Origin: Chrysomallon squamiferum
Lineage: Eukaryota > Animalia > Mollusca
Assembly: GCA_012295275.1 (NCBI GenBank)
Contig: CM022673.1
Location: forward strand, 11,222,001-11,286,000
DNA length: 64,000 bases
Direction of reading: 5' to 3'
Shown piece after piece: positions 31,106 to 55,244 of this stretch. Made by a program: the position numbers and the translations under genes. The notes beneath the pieces are model-generated. The model had not been told where the DNA came from and did no database searches. It saw only the letters and a program-made list of their open reading frames with translations. Within the stretch, counting starts at the first letter, position 1, and every line of letters starts with the position of its first letter.

Positions 31106-32629
31106 CAATTCATAGCAATTGTATATCAATCATGTGACTTTGTGATACATAAAAGAAGACAGAACCGACTGAAATATGGTTGATTTGTTTATCACATTAT
31201 CAGTATTAGTTGTGTAACATTGGAGCAAAAAGTAACCAGGGAGCGATTTAAAGAGTAAGCATTTACAGACCCTCATAAAACACTGTTTTTATTATTACTC
31301 TTATCATCATCATCGTCACTGTTATTATTATTATTATTATTATTTTGGTATCATTTTAAATATATTACCTGTATCGACAGCACCAAGGAAGACTCCATTC
31401 AGAAAGCACATCCCAGTCATAAGTAAGTAATAACTAGAGAAAGGGATAAATCCCACAGTAATTCCCATTAAGAAGATACTGAGGAAGAGGACGAAGGGTT
31501 TGGAAAACCTGTCATACAGGACACCCATGAGGAGCGAACCCACAAGGTAACCGACAGACGTGGCTGTGAAAAATGTTGAGGCTTTCTCTATATCTGTCTG
31601 TGTGATGATCTGAAGATCCAGAAATGATGGTCCTCGCTGGCCTACAATGAATCCCTTAAAAGAAGCAAATACAACATACTAATTAGCCTTCCCAATTACA
31701 TGATTTAAAATGTTTTAGTTCAGTTCAGACGTGCAAACAGTGTTATACAGATTATCGGTTAAAGCGGTATACTTACACTGGTTTTCTTTTTAAACTTCAA
31801 TCTAGCATAATGAGCACTTTTGGTTATCACTCAAAGTATACTACTGTTACTTTTTCAAAATGAATTGTGTTATTTAAATCAATTTCCTGAAGCGATCGAT
31901 TAAAGGATAAAACAGGCATATGGGTTTTTGAGTGTAAACGATTTTATGAAGTGAATTATGAAAGATACAATAGTTAAACTGACTTGTATTACCGGGTTTT
32001 TTAAACTTCAAACTTGCATAACGAGCAGTTTTGTGTACGTATCATTCTAAAATTATACTACTATTTAGTTTACAAAACAAACTGCTTTAATTAAATCAGT
32101 TTACTGAACTGATACACATAAATCGATTTAGGTTTAAAATAGGCATACGGATTTTTGAATTTAAACGATTTTATAAAGTGTTTCATGAATGGTATAATAG
32201 TTAGATTCGTGAAGAATGAGAATAAGGAAAAAACCCAACTGTAAATGAATGAAAATGACAAACACATAGTAACGAGATGATGGTGTTGATTATTTATTTA
32301 TTTTGACATTTATTATTATTTTATGTCGTTATTGTATAGCTTTTTATTTTCATTTTTTGTTCTGTTTTGTTTTTATCGTTGTCAAAACAACATTTTGATA
32401 AACCTAACAAAAGAAAATATTTACTAATTTTTGTGAGAGAAAATAAACTTACCAGCATAACGAATGCCCAGCAAATACATGCTGTGTGTAAGACTTTCCT
32501 TCTGTAGACCGTATTCTTTAACTTGGAAAAGTAACTAGTTTCCTGTCCATGTGTTCTTGTTTCGACAGAATTTTCTGATTCAGAATGATAACCACTGCAT
32601 TCGAATTTTGTTGTTTCATCCAAGCCCAT
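29804..32629 (-). CDS. MFS transporter, MFSD4/sodium-dependent glucose transporter 1-like, copy B (~513 aa)
   Basis: Exons 32629-32453, 31654-31369, 30882-29804; retains GAVDTGGN and AIHFSFSFG. Confidence 0.93.
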
Positions 32630-33008
32630 AACTGCAACAACATGAATCTTTTGAATAATAAATAAATGTAATATAAGTAAAAATTTGGAAATTAATTTAA
32701 TTTAAAAGCAAAAGGTAAGAAAGATCAATGACCTAAATTGCCTGAAAACTGAACCAGATGTAATCTTCATATGATTTGGAACACGATAATACATTTATCT
32801 ATATTATATCTACAGCGGCAGTTCCAGGATTTTATACAGAGGAGGTGGTTGTGGACAATCACAAACTTTATTTGTTTATCCTTAACAATGGAGTGAAAAA
32901 GGTCAGACACATTTCTGTATCCTCGCTTGATCTATTAGAAACAGTAGTAGACTCGTTGCTATTAAATAGGAACATGCGCCATCAAATATATTTAGAAATA
33001 GGCAAAGA

Positions 33009-33057
<49 letters not shown>

Positions 33058-34257
33058 TATTTTTGTTTGTTTGTTTGTTCTTGTTGTTTTTCGTTTGGTT
33101 TCTTTGTTCTTTTTTTTTTCTTGTTTTTTCTTGTTTGTTTTGGGGGTTTTTGTTTGTTTGTTTGTTCCTTTTTTTTTTCTTTTTTTTCTTTTTTTTTTTT
33201 TTTTTTGGTACACTGGATTAAACTGGAAAAGTATAAAAATAACGAAAATAAATATGAATAAAACCAAGTCATTGTGTTACTTTTCGAAATTGCGTTCATT
33301 TCCTTTCTAATCAAGAATAATTTAAAAATTATTTTTTTGTACGATTTTAACTGGATACACTAGAGAAAACACAGCAAATTACCTTGACCATTTTAAATTT
33401 GTATTTTGTCGGTTTTGGTTAATTTACATCAAAATTATATTCTGTAGTCAAGTACGATCGAGCTGCTTCAATTGTGATTTTGGTTATGTATTTATTTTAT
33501 TTCGACTTCTAGCTGTTAATAATACGGTATATCATAAATAACAAATAATAATAATAAAATAAAAAGAATGAAAAAAATGTATATAATTAAAAATTAAATA
33601 AAGTTAATAATAAAATGAATGGAAACAGAAATAGAAATGTAGTTATGTATTTAATTTATTTCAACTTCTAGCTTTAAAAATACGGTATGACATGAGTTAC
33701 AAATATTAATAAAATAAAAAATAACAATAAAATAATAGTAATAAAAATATTATATAATTAAAAATTAAATAAAGTTAATAATAAAATAATAGAAACAGAA
33801 ATAGAAATTGAAATGAAATAAATGAATATTAGCTTCCATATATTATCAGAGACTTATTATATAATATTGCCATAATTTATTAGTAACAAAGAATCGTTTC
33901 CAGTGGTGGGGTGTATCCCACCACACGTACTCATTATGTTCTGTGAAGTAACTAACCAAGCAACGACTGAGTTATGCAATAAAACGCATATGTATTAAGA
34001 GTAAATGAAAATTAAACCGATAAACCTATTTATATATTTACTTGCCTTCTTATTTTTAAGCGACTGACTGCTTGATTATAAAGCGGATCACGAAACCAAT
34101 GGTGGAATTTAGATAATACATGCTAATATTTGTTTCTTATTTTGAAATAAATAAATAAATAACATTAAAGCATGGCTGCTTTTATCCACATTTATCGTAC
34201 ATCCTATCACATATAAATGATAAAGAATATGAAGACTATGTAATCTATTTTTCGTAC

Positions 34258-34400
34258 CTTAATTTTTTTCTTGCCCTGAAATAATTCGTTAAACAAGTGC
34301 GAAACTTTCCGAAGTTGTCAGTCGTAAATACTCGGCTTCATTCGTCTATTTTCTAAAAGGTTCGTAAGTCAACTGACTGAATCGTAGCATGTGACTCAAA
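34258..34400. promoter_or_regulatory. Probable compact bidirectional promoter for MFSD4-like (-) and DUF5054-like (+)
   Basis: CpG-containing patch between a minus-strand donor AAG|GTACGA (34258/34257) and the plus-strand ATG at 34401. The MFS ATG has an acceptor 2 nt upstream (ttgcag|TTATG), which implies a non-coding first exon. Confidence 0.5.
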
Positions 34401-43854
<9,454 letters not shown>

Positions 43855-46172
43855 ATTATTATAGAAGATGCTTCTTAGGAAAAAATAACAATATCATATT
43901 TCATTCATGGCTCAGTTCAATTCAAATGACCAAACTACAAATATAATTTTGTTTTCAAAATTCACATTGACTTTTTATATTATTTATTATTATTATTATT
44001 ATATTTTTAAAAAGTAAATCTTTGGAGGATAAGAAGTTAATTACATATTTTGGTGTATACTGAAATTTTGGTGTAAACTAGTTATTTAAGATACCCATTT
44101 TAAAATAAGAAATTTTATTTTAAGAATTACATAAATGCTGTCAAATTTTAACAAAATACCATTCTTTTATTTACCCACATCAGTATTTTTAAAAGGTATT
44201 CCTTCTACTTAAATAAAATATTTTTAAATGTATCTTTAAAAAAAAAAGCTATTTTTTTATTGATCAAGAATTTAATGAACATTTAGAATTTACCACTTTA
44301 CTTAATTTTTTTTATATTTTTAATAAATATTATTGTTTGTATCTTATACACTTGATACATAATTTTTACTATTGTTATTATTTATGGAATATTCCATTTT
44401 GTTAGTGATAATGATAAAAATGGTGATATAATTAGTGATGATTGTCATTTTATCGTTTTAAAGATCTCTTTGTCAGAAATACTACTACTCCTCCTATTAC
44501 TGCAGCAACACTACCATTACCACTACCATCTACTAGTACTATCACTACTTTAATGAAGGTAAAAATACTTAACCAGTGTCAGAAAATATTCAAGAAATCC
44601 AGATAAGATTTTTATGTAATTGAATTTAATTCATATTAAAGTAATACATCATTTTATTACTACCATTTCATATGATATTCTGTCTCTAACGCATAACTGT
44701 AATTTTGAAAAATAATTTAATATATTTATTATATTACAAATTATGTGGTGAATGGACATAAACAATTCCTGAACAAATATGATGTGCAATTACATGTACA
44801 AACTTGTATGATTAAATGGATATATAAATTCACATTTTGAAAAAATATTTTAAAAAATCCAAAATGTCTAAACATTATTCCGCAAAGTGTGCATGTTGTG
44901 AATGTTATTTTAATTGTTTTATAACTTACATAACCAGTTAAAAAGTAATCATGATCATTAATTGTTTGTAATTGGAAGTTTTTAAAGATTATGTACTTTT
45001 TTACAAGATATTTATTGTATCTTATTACAATTTATACTTACATGTAATCATTCCAAATAAAATTTATATTTCTTAAAATATTGTTCTATGCTGGTGTTTT
45101 TTGTTTATTTAATTTTTAAAGAGGGAGAAAAAGAAAAAATAGAAATAAATTTAAACTGTAGCTGTCAAATGTACAATATGTACATTAAGATTCTTGGACA
45201 GTCATTATGTAACTACTGTGTACTAAAAACTTTTTGAAAAAATGTATTCCAATGCTTTTCATAATATCATTTAACTCAAAGTTATTCTCAACAGAGAAAG
45301 ATAAAACCGAGAGAACATAGAGGCAGACAAAAACAAACAAAACTTTCAATATGTTCACAGATCTTTATTTACAATATGATAAACCAGAAGTTTACATCAT
45401 GACAAAATTAGATTTCTTTAGCAACTGGCTATCATGTACATTTTCCTCTGTATTACCTTCAATTTCTGTTTTTACTGAAATTGCTAAGGTGAAAGACCAG
45501 AATAGCCTAGACCAGTTACCATGGATTTTTAAGGGGTTTTAGTTAAAATAATGCATAATATTCTAATAGCTATTATATTGAATATATTTGTTGTAAAGTT
45601 TAATGCCCTGATTGTAATTTAAATGACAGAATCTTCACTCTCACATAAGTGAGAAATACCACACAATTTGCACTATGTTCAGACAGTCTAAATATGTTTT
45701 GAGTTATTTTGGGGGTTTTGAAATCAGTTTTCTCTCTGTAATGAATATAAAACAAATGACAATTTATTTTTATGAACACTTGTATCTATTCACAGATGTT
45801 TGTAAATGAAAAATCATTTACCTCCATAAAAACAGCTGTTTTTCCGAAAGAGCATGAGAGTGCCGAAATGCTCTCCTTTATTGCTAGGTGAGTTTTTCTT
45901 TAAAATATACAGAGAGATTCACAGTTTTCAACCTTTATCACAAACAGTTGTGCATAACTCCATGCACATCAAATAAATTCACAGACTTGACCAAGTACTG
46001 TGAAAAACAGTGTAAGAAAAATAAACGGTGACTCCAAAAATTATTTATCATTTTTTAACATTTGAAGATTTGACACAGATTGCCCACATGATTAGTTTAA
46101 TTTTGAACATCCACTAAGTTCAAATTCTTATTTATGTCTTCGAGACCAGAATATCCACATTACACACTGTGT

Positions 46173-49100
46173 TCATTTTGTTACATATGGTGGCTTCTTT
46201 ATGATGTTGCCCACGGCTGGAATAACAGTGGCTTTTGTCCCTGAAACAGCTGTCGTCAAATTGACAGTGGATGGATTAGGCAAGGCATCCCACTTAGACT
46301 TTCTTCTTTTTTCCTCTGAAATAAAAATAAAAAAGGAAAAACATGTTATTGACTTTTATTATTATTATTATTTTTTTTATGGAAAGAATTTTCTCAAAAT
46401 TAAAATTCCAATAAGTTTTTTTTAAATATTACTTTACTAAAGTGTACATATAATGAATATATATTTATTTATCTTACATGGATAAAACACATGTATATTT
46501 TTAAAACAGAGACACTATTTATTTTTTTTAATCTTTTTTTGTTGTTGAAAAAACAAGAAAAGTTAAAAAAAGAAAAAAGAAATCTTTTATTTATTTTTTT
46601 AATGCCTGTAACTTTTTAATCATTCCCATGACTACACATGATAAGTGACAGAATAACCTGCTATGGCTACTTATACAGTTCTCAAATGCAGCTGTCAAAA
46701 AAGAGAATTAAATTTATCTGTCTATGATATTTTCTGATGTTAAACACTTCTACAATGTCTATAAATACTCTTATTATTATCAAAAGGGAAATTTAAAAAC
46801 ATAAACAACTTTCAAAGTACATTTTCAACATTAATATTTTAACATTTTCCAAATGTGGTTATTATTATTACAATCATACAGTCTCATCTTGAAACAAGAT
46901 GCCTTTATCATAGGCAACAACAAATCAAATACCAAACAAGGAATTTGCAAATGCATTTTCCAGTAAGAATGAAAAAACATTCTCTAGATTGAAACACCAC
47001 TCATGAAATTCTGCTGGAATGGTATCAAAGCATGTACACCCTGGATGACAGAACCTAGTACCTTCAAATCATCAAGTAATGGCTTAACCAAAACAAGAAT
47101 GTTCTTTCTTTTATCCAGTTTGTTTCTTCTTCAAACATCATCTGTTTTCTATGTGGGTTTTTCAAAAGACTGTCAGTACATTTTTTAAGCATTATGAAAT
47201 ACATGTATACTTCTTCATATTATCTCAGTATATATCTTCCATTTCAAACAGTACAACCATTTTTTTTTTTTTTCTCAAACAATGGCAGTTACAGATTGAC
47301 ATGTTGTAAATGAATATCATATCATTTATTACCTGGGGCACCAGAGGTGTCACTAGAAATTTTTTTTGTCCCAGTAACAAATTCAATCTGAAAAGGAAAA
47401 TATTATCAGTTAAAAAAAAAAATTCAGGTCGATCTCTCAAGCACATCTTGGTTGAGGTACTGAAAAAATAAGAATTTTAAAAATATCACAAAAATAAGAT
47501 TTCCTTTTCGAAAATAAAACTGGTTGTAAGAAAACTACAACCTTAAGATTCAAAAAAAAAAAAAAAAAATCATAAATAAATAAATAATCGACCAACTTAA
47601 AGTGTGCCTGTGTTTGTGAAACAGTACAGAGTAAATTCATTTTGCATAGTTCCAAGTGATTATTTTATATACCGAAAACCAACCTTTGCTGCTTAAGAAG
47701 TGTGACAATATACTGCAGTGCCTACTCGAAAAAATGTTTTTTTTATTTCTTGTATTATCACACTACATAGCAATACAAGAAATAAATAAAATAAATAAAA
47801 GACCTCATGGACATGTCAGTTTTGCTACTGATATGGGCAATGATGAAAAAAAACAAGAAGTGATGAAATCACTAACAAAAAGAACAGTTAACATAATAGA
47901 TATAAAATAAATGAAATCATTGCTTCTTATTGTCACACTTTATTTTTAGCAAAGACTGGTTACCAATACAAATAAAACAATCAGTGGCAGTATAAAAAAT
48001 GTATTTAGGCTGTATGCTGTCACCACAACAGGTACAATTTTAATTTGATTTTGTAAAAATTAGTCTGTTTAAACACCCAATGGTATTTTTTTAATGCTTA
48101 ATGATAAGCAATGTTTACCTTTGTTCTTTCTTTCCTTTCTTTTTCTCTTCTTTCCATCTCTTTTTTCTGTGCTTTATCTGAAAAACGCACAACACAATTT
48201 GTTAGTAAACAGAGAGAAATTAATAAAGACACAAATAAATTTGTAAAAAACAAACAAAAATAACTGTTTTATCAATAGTTTAATACATGTAGTTTAGCCA
48301 TAACCATATCCATTTAAATTTAATATTTTGTTTAGGACAATAAATTACTGTCAATAAATAAATTCTCAAAAGAGTGAATATTTACTTTCATAAGTAGATA
48401 AACTGAAATTTTCACTTGACCTTGGTATGTTACTTAAAATAAATCACATATGGAAGCAAACAGTGGTCAAACAGCTTACATTTAAAAATTTCATCTAGAA
48501 TATATCTATATTTTTTAAATCACTTCCAAAGGTTTACCTAATTCATCATAAAATGAATCTTTTGTCCACATATGAGGGTCAAATATGTCCTGCAAAAGAA
48601 AACAAACTTAGCATTTTCATAAAAACAAAGATATTCTCCATGGTTATTAAATATATATTTTTTAATATTCAGTAATATACAATTCATTAGAAGTTTACAA
48701 TACTAATTGTTTTGTCTTGATCTTGTACATAGCTGCACAATCAAATGTGTAGCTGCAATAAATATATATTTTTAATCAATGCAAATCTGACATCTTTATC
48801 AGAAGTATCTATATTACAAAATTATTAATTTAATACTTTAAACCACTAATTGAACAAATTCAGAGATTATGTTAATATCTAATCAGTATGGTTCATACTT
48901 ACTGGAGGAAAGTTTGTTCCTTTCTCATCTATCTGACAATATTCTATTAATTTTTCATAAATACTGAAATATAAACAGATATATATGTAAGTTAGAAATG
49001 TGTTTATATGCATTAAATCTACAACAATATGTATAAACTTCAGAAAAAGATGAAAACAACACTCTTCAGAAATTACTGTTACAATGTGCTTAATGATACC

Positions 49101-51582
49101 AATAACTAATAAATTTTAATAATTATTATTGATGGGTAGAAAATGAAAATGTCTTGTAATAAAAACACATTTAAACAGTTAAGTATAAGACAAAGGAAAA
49201 CAGTAAATTAATATAATAATACTAATAACAACAGTTTCAAATAAATTTCAGCGATAACTGTATACCTAGGATTACGAAAATCTTTTCGGTGTTGAATTTT
49301 GGAATTCAAATCCAAATTGCCTTTCTTCATTTTTTCATAATGTTTCAGTATCTTTTCCTGAAAATAAAAACTTCTACATGTATCTTTCATTACATTGCTT
49401 GATATGATCGAATTACATTCTTATTTAAATATATATATATGTATTAAAATTTATCTTTATCAGTTAAACCAAGAAAATAAAAAAATAAATAAACCAAAAA
49501 ACACTGTAGATAAATTTTTAAGAACAAAATTAATTAATACAGATTAGTAGTTAATACGTTAAACATACAGGTAGATCAATGTAAAATTAGCCAAGAAATG
49601 GGTATTATAAATCCAACACAGTAATAATTTAAAAAGAGTTCATACATATCAGTATGCTACCATTTTTCAGTTTAATTTTCTTCTTTACATTATTTTATTT
49701 TTAAGCTTACCTGGACAGCAGGAGAGCACTTTCCGGGAGGTTCTGGAGGTATTTCTATTTCATCTAAAGATTTGTTTCTCACACTTCTTGATAAAGCAGC
49801 TAAACAACAAAACCAGTGCATTAAAAAACATAAATTCTAGAAAATATATATTATGTATCTAACTAAAAAAAAAAAAAAAAAAAAGACATACACATAAACA
49901 AATAAAACCTATATATTATTTAACTATCTATCTAGCCATAAATTTTTAAGCACATCTTAGTATATAATGATTATAGAAAAATGCACAAAATTAATAAATA
50001 CCACAACAAACTTTATTCCATATGTACATAATAAACTATTTTGAGATCTACAATCATACTTGTATCATTAATTTTAAAATTTAAATTCATAATTAAAAAG
50101 AATGATAATAAAGAAATGTTTTGTAGACATGTAAAAGAAACATTGAAATAAACTAACTTTTCAATAAATATCTTTTGTCCATTCCAAAAAGATCATAATT
50201 CAAGATTTACACAAAATGAAAGTAACAAGATTTTAATCATCATTCCAACATGTTTTGTAATCATCCTGATCACCAAATAATGCATTTTCAAATATTAATA
50301 TTGTATATATAACTTTCCCAAAATACTTACAAGCATCCTGTGCATCCAGTGCACCAACAAGCTGGAAAAAATATATATATATAATTATATAGATTTCATC
50401 TAATAAATCTTAAAAAAATAAATAAAACAATATGGCATAATCATTTTAAATGTATTTTAGGTTCATAACAACTAAATGACACAAAGTACTAATAAATAGT
50501 ATTATGAAGCATAAAAAATTAAATAAAACAAAAAAGAAGAGATGAAAAACAAAATCCATTAAGCAATTTGTTCCCACTGCTATGAATGCAGCTTCATTAG
50601 AATCAAATATAAACAGTAGTCTTGAACTATATCAAATTTGCTTCACAAACACAGGTTCTGTTTAAAACAATTCCAGTAATTTTGTTATCTACCTGTTCCA
50701 CATCTTTGTTGTCCTCCTCATTATCTTCCTCAGACTCAACTGGATCTTCATCCTGGTCATCTGGTCCATATGACACTAACTTTGTCACTTAAAATAAAAC
50801 ATAAAGTTAACTACTGAAAATTTTATTATAAAATTATTAAGAGAAGCTATCTCAATATCTGAGACAATAAATGTATATCTTTAAACTGAGAGCTGATGAA
50901 TTTATTTTCTATCTGATGGCATGTTTCAGTTTCAAAGTAAACAAATTAATTTTCAAAATTCAAAATAAAAATTAAAAACTGTTTTTTTCTAATATATAAT
51001 CAGGATGCAAATCAATTATTTTGAAATTAAATCAGGGTATGTATATCTTAAAATAAATAAAACAGGAAAATACAACCAATTCATTAATTCAGTTAATATC
51101 TGACTCTTGGGAGATTAAGTATTTAACATAAAAGGATAATGTAAATATGATTACATGGCAAAAGAATAAATGACTATTTTATTTTTAAATTTAATATTTA
51201 CAAATTTTAGTTACTTTAATCCCCCCAATTTTTTTAAGAATTATTAATTTAAATATGTTAATACAACTCTTAGTGGTAGTGTTGATGTTTTTCTTTTTTC
51301 AAAAATAAATTTTATATATATATATATTTATAACATTTTAACCCTAACAAACTAACCTCTTTTAGCCACCTTTTTAGTTTCCTTTACTGTGATGCCTGAT
51401 GAACTGGAATGGTTCGAACTATCATCTTGAAGTGACTGTACTGAAGGATGTTGATGTTTAACTGACACCACTGCATTTTCTTCATCTGAGATGTTGTCCA
51501 CATTTAAAGAAGATTCCTCGTCTGAGTCACCATAGTCTGAGCGAAGCGCTGACATGGCAGCTGAGCTGTCTGTTTTGTCCAT
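46173..51582 (-). CDS. SAP30BP: SAP30-binding protein (HCNGP family)
   Basis: Exons 51582-51357, 50787-50693, 50361-50331, 49799-49711, 49357-49266, 48963-48903, 48589-48538, 48177-48119, 47387-47333, 46315-46173. Motifs LVSYG, IPPEPPGKCS, RKDFRNPSIYEKLI...IDEKGTNFP, IEFVTGTKK, RKSKWD, TVIPAVG. Confidence 0.95.
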
Positions 51583-52810
51583 CTTAGTAACGTACTAAAA
51601 TAACCTGAAACTGAATTTAAATTAGATTTATTTATTATTTGTATTTATAGTTTTTTTTTTTTTTTGAATGTAATTTATCATTTTCAAAAATAAAAATAAA
51701 TCTAAAAAATAATCATATGAAAGAAAATGTCTGGTAACAACAACTAATAATAAAAATAATAATAATGATGATGTTGATGAAAATGTAAGAACAAATATCT
51801 AATATACTAATCTAGTGACAACAGTTATTTAATATTTCTAAATTATGACAAATTACATGGCTTCTAAATTAAAAATGTGAAAATAAAGGGTCATAACTGT
51901 GCATACAGAATCTTTAGATTGAAAAAAAAAATTCCTGTCCATTATATTCTTATACTGATTATTTATTATTATATTATATATATTATATAAATATTATATA
52001 CATATTTTAAAATATATGACATTATATCATATATGCATTATTATTATAAACAACACATATTATGCTTATTCGAATATAATATAAATTATAATATCAGAAA
52101 TTCTTAACTAAAATAATTCATTATGGTATCTTAAATTACGTATAAAATGTTATACATAAAAACACCTGAATTACGAGGTTTAAATCGAAAATATGTTACT
52201 AACGGTAATACATACACTGGAAGTAGAATTAAAATTATTTTGGTAATTCTGACTGATCCAGTAAAAAGGATATACGTGCAAATAGTAATACTGCACACAT
52301 ACCTACATAAACGTAAAAATTAAACTTAAAATCCTTTTTCAATTCCATTATGGAATTAATAGCTACTTTGAATTACGTACTCCTTGCGCTCATTTTACTT
52401 TCAAACTTACATACGCAAGAGTTTTTTTATGAAGGTTGTGCTAAAACAAGGTTTCACTATACCCTTCAGCAGCTTTTAAACATCGCTCTTTGAGTTTACA
52501 AACTCATAACAATAGGATGTAAATTAAGTTCTGAATGTATTGCTTAAATTTTATAAACTGAATTAATTTAACGCTGTTAGGATTTATAATTTGTTTTAAT
52601 AGTAATATTTAAGAGTTAAAATCAGCTCAGGAAAATTTATTGAAAAATAATCATTTTAAATTAAGTTATCAGGAATCACTTCAGCACATGCCACGGCCTT
52701 TGTACACCAACAGCTCGGAACTGAACTAGGAGTTCTGATTATGCCATGTTACATATATTATCATAGCAAGAAGCCATAGTCTTAGAAAGGGTGTTCAAGC
52801 AATATTTATT

Positions 52811-52867
<57 letters not shown>

Positions 52868-53042
52868 TTCTGAGGAGCACCTAGATTTTTTGACTGACAC
52901 GTACTTTTAGAATATTAGCCGCGTCATATCATTTCAGGCCGTCGTTTAGATGTTAGGCACGTCCATATCTGTTACAAAGACTTATTCACTTAACTATAAC
53001 TTATACTAACTATAAGTGAAATGATATTATCAAGTTATATGT

Positions 53043-53083
<41 letters not shown>

Positions 53084-53851
53084 CTGTACTATTTTTAATA
53101 GTTTCCTTAATAATACTTGAAAATTTACGAATATTACTATTCATAGCTTTGTTTATTATGCATTTTTGGTTTGCAAATGGCTGCAGGTGCGCTTGTTTAC
53201 ATTAATTACAGTTTGTGTTCCTGTTGTAGTTCCTCAAATTCCTACATATTTTTGTTCGTAACTAATTTTATTCACTTTTCTAAAAAATAACGTTTTTCTT
53301 CTTGTTGTGTGTTGTTTGTAGTAAATAAATGTTTTGTGCGTTTTGTCTATACAGTCGATGAATCATTTTTCGGTAGGTCAATAAATAAAAATAAAAATAA
53401 ATAAAAACATATAATCATAATAATGTTATGTTATTGTAAAGACACAGTATTTTGTGTTGAAGCTATAACGCTGCATATACCTATAATTTAAAAAAGTGTG
53501 TATAAGTTTTTAATCTTTATGGGGAATCATGCCAGTAAATATATCATTATGGTTTTTGCACGGTATAATCATAATGTATGATTTTGTATCCAACCACTGT
53601 GACTAACTATTGGCAGTCATACTAATAACTGGTAAAACCGAAACAACGAATGGCAAAACATAACAACTGCATACATAACATACATGCCTCTTCTTTTGGT
53701 AATAATACATTAATTTTATTATACTTTAGGTAAAAATATACTCTTACTTCTTAGTAATCAATAAATTTGTTTATAATATTTGTTCCAGATAACTCACTGT
53801 GACTTAGCCTTGCAAAGCTATAATGACATAATTATTGTTTGATGGACCATC

Positions 53852-55204
53852 ATGGCTGAAGTCAATGTTAGAGTGGCAGTGAGGGTAAGTTTGTCAAATT
53901 TTAATTTTGAATTGTTAATTAAGTTTATTTTAATTAAATAGTGACACAGTTTTGCAGTAATGAACATTTATATAAGATGATGAGTTACAGGATAAATACT
54001 TCTCAAAGTGACCATTTCATTTTTACTCATTCTAGCTTATGCTCTGCATCAAACATTATATAGCATAGAAGTGCTTTCCTGTGTGATGGAAAGTGCAAAT
54101 TCAGTATTTATTCTTAGCATGAATAAGAATAATTTTTGATGCATTTGTAGAGAGTTTAGCTTATTATAGTCATTATTATAAAATCATACTTCGAAATAAT
54201 ATTTGTCATTCTTAATGTTAAATGATGATTCAGATTTAAGATACTGCTTTTAAAACATAATGGATGGTTGTGTAGTTTGATTATTTTTTAAATTTGTTCT
54301 AATAAATAATTAATTAATTTATACCTTCAGCATCTTTATTAGTAAAATTCAGATTAATTAAAAAAAAAAAAAAAAAAACCTGACAATAAACAGAGCTCCA
54401 CCTAATGGATATAGCTATTATGACATTCATAATTTTAGTGGTAACTTGTCCAGATATTTAGAAAATTTAAACATTATTTTTAGGTTCGACCCCTCCTTCC
54501 GAAAGAACGACTTGGTGGGGAGCAGATGTGTGTTCGAGTTGTACCTAACACTAACCAGTTAGTTGTTGGCAAGGATCGTGGTTTTACATTCGACAATGTT
54601 CTGTCTGCAAAGTCCACACAAGTATGTTGTCATAATCATGAATAATAACACCACTGAGCATTTATGTTATTATTAAACAGAAAATCACTCAAAATGTAAA
54701 AAATTCTTTTAATCTCTATTACCATTTGATATTTTTGTATTATTTTTCTTTCTTATTGGTAACCACCCATATACAGCTGCAAAGTTTTTCTGTTTTCCTT
54801 ACTGTATATACATTTAGATATTTTGTCCTTTTCATCAGTGAATCCTTTTTTTATTTTTTAATGTTTCTGTTAACATAATTATTAATTAATTGAAATAAAG
54901 GTTTCAAAACAACAAACGTAAATGTTATTTTAACAGGTTTTATTTCATTTTTCTGACAATATCAGTAATACTTAAAAAAAATACATATATTGTCATCATC
55001 ATCAACCTAATCATCAATATTATTATCATCATCTTAATAATTATTATTGTCATTGTTATTGTTAACTTTGCAGCTCTATATCGATGGTTAATTATAAGAA
55101 AGCAAATATTAATACAGATTAAAATACTTTTTACATTTTGAGAGAAATTCTGTTTAATAATAACATAAATGCTCAGTAGTGTTATTATCATCATTGTTAT
55201 TGTA

Positions 55205-55244
<40 letters not shown>

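Noticed and set aside
45848-45880. Hairpin gagcat..atgctc in the SAP30BP 3' region considered as a SECIS
   Set aside because: No SECIS core or apical AAR, and no in-frame TGA needing recoding
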